Notes: generated from the sequence alone by a model not told the origin. DNA of 64,000 nucleotides from Bacteroidales bacterium (GCA_017395245.1 JAFPVR010000091.1:17072-81071), one strand, 5' to 3'. Positions 1-7,868 are shown, counted from the stretch's first letter. Numbers and translations are program-made.

Positions 1-1278
1 GAGGCTTCTGGTGACGGCCATCATCAACGAGGCGGGGACACCTTTGCCACTCACATCGCCCACACAGAAAAGAAGATGTCCGTCCAGAATCTGGAAGTCG
101 TAAAGGTCGCCACCTACCTCCTTGGCAGGCACCAGCGAGCCGTAAATCGCCACCTCTTCGCAATCGGGGTATGGCGGGAAGGTTTTCGGAAGCATTCCCT
201 GCTGGATGTCGCGGGCAATCTTCAGCTCGCTGCCGATGCGTTCCTTCTCGGCGCTCACCTCGCCCAGCTTCTGAATTCCACGGAAGGTGCGCCACATGAT
301 GAATGCCAGAAGCAACAAGCCCAGAAGCATAGAGATAAGGAGCAGTTGGCTCACCCGGTGCAACCCTCTGTAAATCTCTTTGTCGGGAAAAAAGAGCGCC
401 ATCGACCACCCCGTGTTTCCGTCCACCGGACTATAATGTATATAGTATTTCTCGCCATTGTATTTCACATTGGTGGATCCCTGCTTTCCCCCTTGCACAG
501 CCTCGTTCAGATGTGCCGCCATCGTGTCCTGGTGAAGACGCGCGGTTTCCTCGAGCGTGATGCGCATCACCAGCGTGCTGTCGGGACAGACCATCACCCG
601 TCCCGCATGGGAAAACAGATAAGTTTGGATTTCCGCTTTTTGTTCGAAAAGGTCGCCGAGCCAGTCGAGCGAGACATCCGCGGCGAAAACGGCCACCGTA
701 CGTCCTGAGTTGTCGCGCAACGGTATAGTGTACGTGCAGACCATCCCTTCCGAACCGGCGCTGTCGATATACGGTTCTGTCCATAGTCCGTCGTTGTCCC
801 CAAGCCCGTCGATGAACCAGGGCATTTCCAGATAGTTATGCTCGGCCGAACCAATTTGCTTGTTCTCAAGGATGTCTTTGTCCCGGAACACGTAGGGCTC
901 GTACCAATAGCCTTTGGAGGGATAATAATCGGGCAGGAAGGCAATGGCGCAGCCTGTCAAATCCGGGTTTTTCTCCATGATGCGCCGCATGATGGGATAT
1001 ACGGAATCCGGGTGCGCAATCGACTGTCCCAGTGCCCAATGGAGGTTGCCCACAGCGGTTTCCACGCGGCTGACCACCTGTTGGATTTCCAAATTTTTGA
1101 CCTGCATTTCGGATGCGGCTCGCTGACGCACCTCGTCGCGGATGCCGTTGCGAGCAAAATAGTATTGTACGGCACTGCCCACCTCCATCAGGATGGCCGC
1201 GGTCAGCAGCACCAGCACACCGCTTCGTGTCTGCAGTTTCCTCCAAGTTTTGTTAATGGGATTGTCTGTTTGTTTCAT
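1..1278 (-). CDS. SpoIIE/PP2C-family protein phosphatase with an N-terminal TM segment and extracytoplasmic sensor region (3' end lies beyond the window)
   Basis: Absent from the ORF track because it runs off the window edge. Manual translation from ATG 1278-1276 gives MKQTDNPINKTWRKLQTRSGVLVLLTAAILME..., a second TM segment (LLLISMLLGLLLLAFIMW), then ARDIQQGMLPKTFP...GGDLYDF...CVGDVSGKGVPASLMM, typical of SpoIIE/RsbU phosphatases. The start overlaps the upstream stop (ATGA). Confidence 0.7.
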   Translation of the reverse strand, partial: MKQTDNPINKTWRKLQTRSGVLVLLTAAILMEVGSAVQYYFARNGIRDEVRQRAASEMQVKNLEIQQVVSRVETAVGNLHWALGQSIAHPDSVYPIMRRIMEKNPDLTGCAIAFLPDYYPSKGYWYEPYVFRDKDILENKQIGSAEHNYLEMPWFIDGLGDNDGLWTEPYIDSAGSEGMVCTYTIPLRDNSGRTVAVFAADVSLDWLGDLFEQKAEIQTYLFSHAGRVMVCPDSTLVMRITLEETARLHQDTMAAHLNEAVQGGKQGSTNVKYNGEKYYIHYSPVDGNTGWSMALFFPDKEIYRGLHRVSQLLLISMLLGLLLLAFIMWRTFRGIQKLGEVSAEKERIGSELKIARDIQQGMLPKTFPPYPDCEEVAIYGSLVPAKEVGGDLYDFQILDGHLLFCVGDVSGKGVPASLMMAVTRSL

Positions 1279-2258
1279 ATTTCAAATATTGTCTTTACTC
1301 CTTCGGAAGTGTGTTCTGTGGATATATTTTGGCTGGCATTGTGGATAAGTATCACCGCCAGCTCGTCGGCATCAGGCTTTTCCAACGCTGAAACTTCCAC
1401 TTCGCGTTGCAATACCACCACCGATGTCTCTTGTTTCAAATCACTGTGGTTCACCTCAATATGGACGGGTGTTGTAAAATCAGCTATCAGGACAAGCATC
1501 TCTTCCACCACATGGGTCACGGCGTCCATCTTTTCCGCGATGGAGCAGCGTATGCAGAACTGCTTTATTTTCGAGGTCATGTCGTATAGGTCGAAGTCGC
1601 GGCTGGCGATATCGAATGCCAGAAGACGGATTCTGTTCACGAAGGAGCGGGTTTGCGGGAGACGCGGCTCATTGAAGATCTGGCTGGGCGTCCCCTCTTC
1701 GAGCAGGCGTCCGTTATGCATGAACAGGATGCGGGTGCTCGTGTCGCGGGCGAAACGCATCTCGTGGGTGACAATCACCATGGTCATCCCTTCTTGGGCC
1801 AGGGAGCGGACCACCCCCTGCACCTCGTCCACCATTGTCGGGTCGAGCGATGAAGTGGGCTCGTCCATGAGCAAAATCTCGGGTTTCATGGCCAGGGTTC
1901 TTGCGATGGCGGCACGTTGCTGTTGTCCGCCGGAGAGGGAGGACGGCATCTGTCGGGCATGTTCGGCCATGCCCACATGGCGCAACATCTCCATGGCCAG
2001 TTCGTCGGCCTCCTCGCGCCCGAGGCCCAATAGTTTCATGGGTGCCAGGGTCACATTGTCTAATACCGAGAGGTGACCGAAGAGGTTGAACTGTTGGAAC
2101 ACCATGCCGATTTTCACGCCGGGGGTCAGGCTCACTTCGCCGCTGGTGGGCTGTTCCAGCCCCGCCATACAGCGAAGCAGGACGCTTTTCCCCGAGCCGG
2201 AGGGACCGATCATTCCCACCACCTCGCCACGGGAGACATGCAACGAGATGTCTTTCAC
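1275..2258 (-). CDS. Polar amino-acid ABC transporter ATP-binding protein with a roughly 85-100 aa uncharacterised C-terminal extension
   Basis: Walker A GPSGSGKS, signature LSGGQQQR, Walker B LLMDEPTSSLD and an H-loop VTHEM. At 327 aa it is longer than the usual ~250 aa for this family. Confidence 0.9.
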   Translation of the reverse strand: MKDISLHVSRGEVVGMIGPSGSGKSVLLRCMAGLEQPTSGEVSLTPGVKIGMVFQQFNLFGHLSVLDNVTLAPMKLLGLGREEADELAMEMLRHVGMAEHARQMPSSLSGGQQQRAAIARTLAMKPEILLMDEPTSSLDPTMVDEVQGVVRSLAQEGMTMVIVTHEMRFARDTSTRILFMHNGRLLEEGTPSQIFNEPRLPQTRSFVNRIRLLAFDIASRDFDLYDMTSKIKQFCIRCSIAEKMDAVTHVVEEMLVLIADFTTPVHIEVNHSDLKQETSVVVLQREVEVSALEKPDADELAVILIHNASQNISTEHTSEGVKTIFEI

Positions 2259-2315
2259 CGCGTGTGTACGGCTTCCGTCGGGAGTGTCAATCTTTGAAGA
2301 GATGGGAAACGGTAA

Positions 2316-2945
2316 TCATATCTGCGAGATTCGGAAGAGTATAAAGTCCAACAGCTTGTTCAGCAGCCATGCCAGCAGAAAGTAAATCAGGGTGGTGACG
2401 AGCAACGGCAGCAGGTCCTGGCCGGTGCTGGTGCGAATGGTCTGGGCGGCGAGGGTGAGGTCTTGGATGGCCACATATCCCACGACGGAAGTCCCCTTCA
2501 CGGTGGCCACGGCCTGGAACTTGAAGGCGGGCATGCCGATGCGGAGGGCTTGGGGCAGCACGATGTAGCGCATCGTCTGCAGTTTGGAGAAGCCCAGCAT
2601 CAGCCCCGCTTCCATTTGTCCGCGTCCCACGGCGTCGATGGAGGACTGCAGATTCCCGGCCACAAAGTTAGCAAAGATCAGCCCGATGGCGATCGAAGCC
2701 GCCAGAATCGGGCAATGGCCGCCGAACAGCAGGTAGAAGACAATCAGTATCAGCAGGCATCACCGGAGTGCCGGGACCACCACCTTCCACCATTTGGAGA
2801 CATTCTGCAGCCAGCGGCGGCGGTTCAGCGAGAGCGCATAGAGGCCGCAGCCGACCAGCGTGCCGATCAGCAGCGACAACAGGGAGATGGCCACTGTGGC
2901 CAGCAGTCCCTTCAGTATCAGCCAAATGCAATCCTCTACACCCAT
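2316..2945 (-). pseudogene. Amino-acid ABC transporter permease interrupted by a single in-frame TGA (2760-2762)
   Basis: ORFs 2760..2945 and 2316..2663 are in the same frame. Manual translation across the gap reads ...VVVPALR*CLLILIVFYLLFGGHCPILAASIAIGLIFANFVAGNLQSSIDAVGRGQMEAG..., a continuous permease sequence. Confidence 0.6.
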
Positions 2946-3056
2946 GACGTTTGCTTAAGTTCTATTTTGAACTGGCAAAAGTACATTTTTTCGCCTATCA
3001 TAATACAGGGATGATAAAAAAAAGCACCCCAAACTTGTGGTTTGGAGTGCCTTTTG

Positions 3057-3129
3057 TGTCCCCTCAGGGGCTCGAACCCTGGACCCATTGATTAAGAGTC
3101 AATTGCTCTACCAACTGAGCTAAGGAGAC
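3057..3129 (-). tRNA. tRNA-Lys (anticodon CTT)
   Basis: Cloverleaf read by hand: acceptor GTCTCCT/AGGGGAC, D arm GCTC-AGTTGGTA-GAGC, anticodon arm ATTGA-CTCTTAA-TCAAT, T arm CAGGG-TTCGAGC-CCCTG. Confidence 0.9.
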
Positions 3130-3197
3130 GTTATTTTTACCCTTGCTTTTGCGGGTGCAAAAATACATTTTTTTTCTATCTTTGCAAAAAAAAAGTG

Positions 3198-3737
3198 ATG
3201 AAAATTTATACACATACTGGAGACAATGGAACCACCTCATTATCAGATGGTTCACGCATTTCAAAGGGCAGCGTTTTGCTGCATGCATACGGCACTGTTG
3301 ACGAGCTGAACAGCTTCATCGGGGTCGTGATTTCGCAAGTTTCGGACAATTTCCTGACAAAAGTGCAAAACGAGCTCTTCGTTGTCGGGGGCATGTTGGC
3401 CACCCCGGTGGAGAACTGGGAGAAGTACTGGAAGGTGGAACGCCTGGCGGAGTTCACCAAGGAAATCGAACGGGAGATCGACCGGCTGAGCGCGGAGCTC
3501 GAGCCCATGCGCGGGTTCATCCTTCCGCAGGGCAGCCGCCTCATCGCCGACACCCACGTGTGCCGCACCGTATGCCGTCGCGCCGAGCGCTATGTGGTGC
3601 AACTTTTGGAGGAGAACGAGGCCTACAAACCGGTGCAGGTTTTGCTGAATCGGTTGTCCGATTTCTTCTTTATTTTGGCCCGATTTTTCCACAAAAAAGA
3701 AAAAATTTCCGAAACCCTCTATCAATCAGCGAAATAA
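3198..3737 (+). CDS. PduO-type ATP:cob(I)alamin adenosyltransferase
   Basis: N-terminus MKIYTHTGDNGTTSL and the YGTVDELNSFIGV motif. A TATCTTTG -7 box lies at 3177-3184. Confidence 0.85.
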   Translation: MKIYTHTGDNGTTSLSDGSRISKGSVLLHAYGTVDELNSFIGVVISQVSDNFLTKVQNELFVVGGMLATPVENWEKYWKVERLAEFTKEIEREIDRLSAELEPMRGFILPQGSRLIADTHVCRTVCRRAERYVVQLLEENEAYKPVQVLLNRLSDFFFILARFFHKKEKISETLYQSAK

Positions 3738-3821
3738 AATTTTTCAAAAAGCTTGACTTTTTCGGTTTAATATTATACTTTTGCGCCCTCAAAAACAAAC
3801 CATTTTTTAAACGTAAAAACT

Positions 3822-4043
3822 ATGTATTGGACACTTGAATTAGCCACGCGATTAGAGGACGCTCCCTGGCCGGCAACCCGCGACGAGCTGCTTGACTACG
3901 CCATCCGTTCCGGCGCCCCAATGGAAGTGATTGAGAACCTTCAGGAGATCGACGACGAAGGCGAGACCTACGATTCCATCGAGGACATCTGGCCCGACTA
4001 TCCCTCCAAGGAGGACTTCTTCTTTAACGAGGATGAATATTAA
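3822..4043 (+). CDS. DUF2795-like small protein
   Basis: 73 aa with ...WPATRDELLDYAIRSGAPMEVIENLQEI..., a pattern typical of DUF2795. Confidence 0.6.
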   Translation: MYWTLELATRLEDAPWPATRDELLDYAIRSGAPMEVIENLQEIDDEGETYDSIEDIWPDYPSKEDFFFNEDEY

Positions 4044-4045
4044 CC

Positions 4046-4073
4046 GTAGAGACGCACGGCTGTGCGTCTCTAC
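4046..4073. repeat. REP-like palindrome copy 1 (GTAGAGACGCA-cggctg-TGCGTCTCTAC), probably a bidirectional terminator
   Basis: Perfect inverted arms read in the sequence, between convergent genes. Confidence 0.8.
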
Positions 4074-4150
4074 AAGACAATGTCCTACAGAACATCAACG
4101 TTTGTACAAACCGGAAAGCGCGCTAATATGGCGCGTTTTTTTTACGCCTT

Positions 4151-4681
4151 TCACAAGGTGTAGCGCACACCGAAATTCAGTCCCCAGTCGAACTTGTGGT
4201 CGGCGAGCCCGTCGGAGTTGAAAACACAGCGGTAGCCCGGACGGAAATCGAACTGCAGCGTGAGCGGGATGAAAAACTTGTATTCCAGTCCGAAGATGCC
4301 GTTCAAGCCGCCCTTGTAGTTGTTGTCGCTCACATGCTCGTATGGGGGCTTGTCGTTGAAGTACTTGAATTCCTGCCAGTTGTAGCCGATGCTTGCGCCC
4401 AGTCCAGCAAACCCGTACAGGCCTTCAATGAACCAGCCCTCGTACATAAAGTTCGGCGCCAGCTCCACAGTCCACAGGTTGGAACCATACACATAGCAGT
4501 ATTTGGTGCCCAGGTCGAGCTGTATGGCAAAATGCCGGGAAGGGAAGCACTTGTAGGAGATACCCTGTGTGGTGCCTAAGGTCAAGCCGTAACTGCGCCG
4601 GTAAGGGGCTTGTGCGCTTGTCTGAAACAACGCCGCCGTGAACAGCGCGACGAACAGAAGGATGATTCCGTTTCTTTTCAT
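4151..4681 (-). CDS. Outer-membrane beta-barrel (porin-family) protein
   Basis: Signal peptide MKRNGIILLFVALFTAALFQTSAQA, alternating aromatic/Gly beta-strand pattern, C-terminal ...NFGVRYTL. Confidence 0.55.
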   Translation of the reverse strand: MKRNGIILLFVALFTAALFQTSAQAPYRRSYGLTLGTTQGISYKCFPSRHFAIQLDLGTKYCYVYGSNLWTVELAPNFMYEGWFIEGLYGFAGLGASIGYNWQEFKYFNDKPPYEHVSDNNYKGGLNGIFGLEYKFFIPLTLQFDFRPGYRCVFNSDGLADHKFDWGLNFGVRYTL

Positions 4682-4814
4682 AAAGCCTTTGTTTTTCCGT
4701 TTTTGATTCGGCGGCAAAAATACGAATTTCATGGCATTCCGTTCACTTTGGCTGCAAAAAAAGTGGAAGTATATATTATATAGTATGATTGCTCAGAAAC
4801 CGTTCCGACACCCC

Positions 4815-5252
4815 CTACCACGAAATCGAATAGCTGTATCCCCCGGAATTTGTTCCCGATTTGTTCCCGCCGGATTTCTTGGTCGATGGCGTGTACGTAT
4901 ACGTGATGGTGGGGCCTTGCGGGACGGGCGCGAGGCGGAAGTTGATGTTCAGCTTGGTGTTCACCTTGAGACGGACGCCACGGTTGCGGGCCTTGTCGTA
5001 GTGCAGCAGGTTCACGATACGAACGGCCTCCTCGTCGCAGGAGGGGCAGAGGCTTTTGGTCACCACCGGGTTCTCCACCTCGCCGTCGTCATTCACCTGG
5101 TAGGCGACGGTGACCACGCCTTCGATATGCTGGTCCATCGCATCCTGCGGGTACTGCAGGTGGGCGTTCACGAACTCGCGCAACGCCTTCGCCCCGCCCG
5201 AGTACTGCGGCTTCTCCAAAAATTTAGTCCGTTTCTTCTTTTTCTCTTCCAT
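4815..5252 (-). CDS. TonB C-terminal domain protein
   Basis: PQYSGGAKALREFVNAHLQYPQDAMDQHIEGVVTVAYQVNDDGEV...VRLKVNTKLNINFRL matches the TonB_C pattern. Confidence 0.7.
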   Translation of the reverse strand: MEEKKKKRTKFLEKPQYSGGAKALREFVNAHLQYPQDAMDQHIEGVVTVAYQVNDDGEVENPVVTKSLCPSCDEEAVRIVNLLHYDKARNRGVRLKVNTKLNINFRLAPVPQGPTITYTYTPSTKKSGGNKSGTNSGGYSYSISW

Positions 5253-5294
5253 ATATAAAACACGGCCGCCGTTTTGATTGGCAGCCGCTTGGAT

Positions 5295-5313
5295 TTAGTA
5301 GCGGGGGCAGGAC
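5295..5313. repeat. att core, distal copy (TTAGTAGCGGGGGCAGGAC)
   Basis: Identical to 50258-50276, which covers the 3' end of tRNA-Met. Confidence 0.85.
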
Positions 5314-5595
5314 CTGCCAACCCCATTCTGAAAATCACAACTTCCTGACTACCAATGCTAAATGTTTTTAAATTAGGCCATTTTTTTATGTTTTTTGTAT
5401 CAATTTTGTATCAGTCGCTACTGGCGTAATTTATTATAACACAGCGTTTTATAAGAAACGCTACAGCTTTTCCTGCCCGCTCATCTTCTCTATACCCCCC
5501 AGCAGCCGCGATATCTGCGCGTCCTTCTCCTTGATGCTAAAGCTGGCTCGATTCCATTTCAAAATCTATCGTAATAAAATCCATGTCATAAAAAA

Positions 5596-6027
5596 TTACT
5601 TTTTCCCCAATATTTCCAGCAACTTATTGATTTGAGCGTCTTTTTCTTTAATTTGAGCGTCTTTTTCTTTAATTTGAGCGTCTTTTTCTTTAATGCGCTC
5701 ATCCAGCAAATCAATCTGCGCACGTAACACGTCCGGAGAGTCGGAGTAGTAGTGGCGGTTGTCGATGTTGCCAGTCGAATTGTTATCTCCTAACACAACA
5801 CTATTCGTATTGTCGGAGAAATTCCCGGTCTTCTCCGCAAAATCAATTCCAAAGTAACGCTTCAATATTAAAGCATTTGCCTGCGTCGGAATTGTCTTCC
5901 CGTTGCGATAATTACCTAAAGTTGACTGCGTGATACCCGTATCTTTAGAGATTTTATACGAGGTTATCTCGCTCTCTTTCAATATTTCTAAAATTTTTTC
6001 TATCTGTAAATCAGTTAGTTGACACAT
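5596..6027 (-). CDS. XRE/cI-like HTH repressor with a C-terminal coiled coil
   Basis: HTH ISKDTGITQSTLGNYRNGKTIP. The C-terminus has IKEKDAQ x3. It is divergent from the early operon. ATG at 6027. Confidence 0.7.
   Translation of the reverse strand: MCQLTDLQIEKILEILKESEITSYKISKDTGITQSTLGNYRNGKTIPTQANALILKRYFGIDFAEKTGNFSDNTNSVVLGDNNSTGNIDNRHYYSDSPDVLRAQIDLLDERIKEKDAQIKEKDAQIKEKDAQINKLLEILGKK
5631..5693. repeat. 21-bp tandem repeat x3 inside the repressor gene (encodes IKEKDAQ x3)
   Basis: TTTGAGCGTCTTTTTCTTTAA repeated three times. Confidence 0.9.
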
Positions 6028-6060
6028 AATGCTAAAATTTTTTTCATTTTCTCGTCGCAA

Positions 6061-6084
6061 TACTAAAATATTTTAGTATTTTTG
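6061..6084 (+). promoter_or_regulatory. Early promoter -7 box (TATTTTTG, 6077-6084) overlapped by an 18-bp perfect palindrome (TACTAAAATATTTTAGTA, 6061-6078), a candidate operator
   Basis: Read directly in the sequence. Located between the repressor and the divergent early operon. Confidence 0.5.
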
Positions 6085-6152
6085 CCGCGTTGAAACTTAC
6101 GCTTTCAACGTGCCAAATATAGAAAAAAAATCAAACCCGAAAAAAAGAGAAA

Positions 6153-6476
6153 ATGGAAAAGATGAAAAACGAACAAAAAGAGGCATTCCAGCCAGAAACG
6201 AAACGGATCGTCAGTCATACCATCAGCAGCTTCAATACGCTGTGTCGCCTCTGCGACATTGACGAAATGTACAACCCAATCCGGGAATATGTCAAGGCTC
6301 TGAATGAAGCCGCCTGGTTTATGACACCGAGAACCGAGGAACAACTGAAAGTCAAGAATAAAATCAATGAGCTGAAATACAACTTGGACTCGCTTGACAA
6401 GGAGCTGACAGAGATATTAAACAAACGTAAACAGGAACGACAGAAATGGGAACAACAAAATCAAGACCAGGAATAA
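6153..6476 (+). CDS. Hypothetical early protein (coiled-coil C-terminus)
   Basis: ORF with an ATG; first gene of the rightward early operon. Confidence 0.5.
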   Translation: MEKMKNEQKEAFQPETKRIVSHTISSFNTLCRLCDIDEMYNPIREYVKALNEAAWFMTPRTEEQLKVKNKINELKYNLDSLDKELTEILNKRKQERQKWEQQNQDQE

Positions 6477-6757
6477 AACGCGGATCCGGAAAGAAGGGGT
6501 TCCGCAGCATCTCCCGGGAGATGGCCTTGAGCGTGCAGGCCTGCATGAAGGGCAACGTGACGCTGCCGATGATCATCAGGGTGGTGCGCAACTACTACCA
6601 CCCCGCGACCGGCGAGAACGAAGAGCGCGACAAGATGATCCTGCACCACTACGAGGCTCTCGCGGCCATCGAGAAGCGCCATGCGGAGGACTGCGAGGAG
6701 GAAAAACGCGAGTACATCCGGAAAGCCAAGAGATACACAGGTCCTGAGAAACCATAA
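6446..6757 (+). CDS. Hypothetical early protein
   Basis: ORF only; basic N-terminus KRGSGKKG. Confidence 0.45.
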   Translation: MGTTKSRPGIKRGSGKKGFRSISREMALSVQACMKGNVTLPMIIRVVRNYYHPATGENEERDKMILHHYEALAAIEKRHAEDCEEEKREYIRKAKRYTGPEKP

Positions 6758-7038
6758 GGCCTCGCATTGACTTCCAAGTCCGGCGGCGACGTAAATCCAT
6801 AATGAATTATCGTCATTTTTTGACAAATGCCGCCGGCAACCATAAGGGAGCGTAGGAATCCCGCAAAGCCATCCGCCGCCGTCAGGGTAATGACGGAAGA
6901 ACGTACACCACCGCGACTGGGCTTCGCCCTTTAATACTGGACAGTCGCGGCGAACTCCGGGAATTTGGTCACAAGAGGGTTATAATCCCTCCGGATGGTT
7001 TTCTTTCAGACAATCAATCACCCAAAAATCAAATAACA

Positions 7039-7275
7039 ATGGAAAAGGCAAAAACAGTCAAAATCAAGGTCAAGAAATCGCAGCTTCGCGTGTTCTGCAG
7101 CTTCTTCATGAAGATGCAGCGCAAGATGGTCTATGACATGGAGCAGGGCTGCTGGGTGCTCGACACGAACGGCACCACCAGCGTAGAACCCGAATTCTAC
7201 CAAACCCTGTGCGAGGTCTCCGAGCTGCTGTCGGCCAAGGTGGCGGAACACGGTCACGCACCCGTAATGCTGTGA
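7039..7275 (+). CDS. Hypothetical early protein
   Basis: ORF only. Confidence 0.45.
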   Translation: MEKAKTVKIKVKKSQLRVFCSFFMKMQRKMVYDMEQGCWVLDTNGTTSVEPEFYQTLCEVSELLSAKVAEHGHAPVML

Positions 7276-7277
7276 CG

Positions 7278-7439
7278 ATGGAAGCGGTGGAAACAGACCT
7301 CACCCTCAACGAAGAGGGATTGGACGCGGTGGCGGACTTCCTCAAGAGCGTGGCCAAAGAGAAACCGGCGCCGAAATCGCTGGAGGAACGGCAGCTGTCG
7401 CTCTTCTGGGAGCCGCCCATCGACAACGAAGTGCAATGA
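7278..7439 (+). CDS. Small acidic protein (53 aa) carrying a QLSLF sliding-clamp-binding-like motif
   Basis: MEAVETDLTLNEEGLDAVADFLKSVAKEKPAPKSLEERQLSLFWEPPIDNEVQ. QLSLF is encoded at 7392-7406. Confidence 0.45.
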   Translation: MEAVETDLTLNEEGLDAVADFLKSVAKEKPAPKSLEERQLSLFWEPPIDNEVQ

Positions 7440-7542
7440 GGTACCCCTGCCTGACTCAAGGAGGTGCGAGTATAAACAGCCTTAGTTCTTTTATATTAAT
7501 GGGGCCCGCCGAGGTTGCAATCTGTTCAGACGGCGGGCAAAC

Positions 7543-7639
7543 GGACGGAAAGCCGAGTGGCGGCCGGGGTGTTTCAGCGCTTCTGTATTGCCATATAAGT
7601 TCCACACTCATCCCGATGGTTCGAATCCATTTCCGTTCA
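7543..7639 (+). ncRNA. tRNA-like cloverleaf with an oversized central arm (not a canonical tRNA)
   Basis: 7-bp acceptor GGACGGA/TCCGTTC, D-like arm GCCG-AGTGG-CGGC, T arm GATGG-TTCGAAT-CCATT. The central arm has a 6-bp stem (7566-7571 with 7609-7614) enclosing 37 nt. Confidence 0.35.
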
Positions 7640-7664
7640 CAAACAGAGAGTAAATTCAAACAAA

Positions 7665-7868
7665 ATGAAAGAGATTTTAATATTCTACCTGGCCGGATAC
7701 GCCGTGGCCGCAATATGGACCGCCGTGTGGCTGCTCCGCGAGAAAGTGGAGGAAAGCTACGGGTTCCGTATTCTCTTTTCTATCATCATGGGAGCCCTGT
7801 CATGGATGCTGGTGATTATATACCTGATGGCCTGGAGCGAAGGAAGGAGGAAAAATGGAAAGCATTAA
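7665..7868 (+). CDS. Small membrane protein (two predicted TM helices)
   Basis: Hydrophobic stretches ILIFYLAGYAVAAIWTAVWLL and ILFSIIMGALSWMLVIIYLMAW. Confidence 0.5.
   Translation: MKEILIFYLAGYAVAAIWTAVWLLREKVEESYGFRILFSIIMGALSWMLVIIYLMAWSEGRRKNGKH

Noticed and set aside
838-2076. 412-aa plus-strand ORF
   Set aside because: It lies antisense to the clearly motif-bearing ABC ATPase and phosphatase genes. Its sequence is low-complexity and Ser/Arg/Ala/Cys-rich, typical of a shadow ORF.
7543-7639. Possible opal-suppressor tRNA (TTTCAGC loop with TCA), considered in connection with the in-frame TGA at 2760
   Set aside because: No 5-bp stem can be drawn around that heptamer. The element lacks a normal anticodon arm, and the phage ORFs are intact in the standard code. 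It is therefore reported only as a tRNA-like element, not as a suppressor tRNA.
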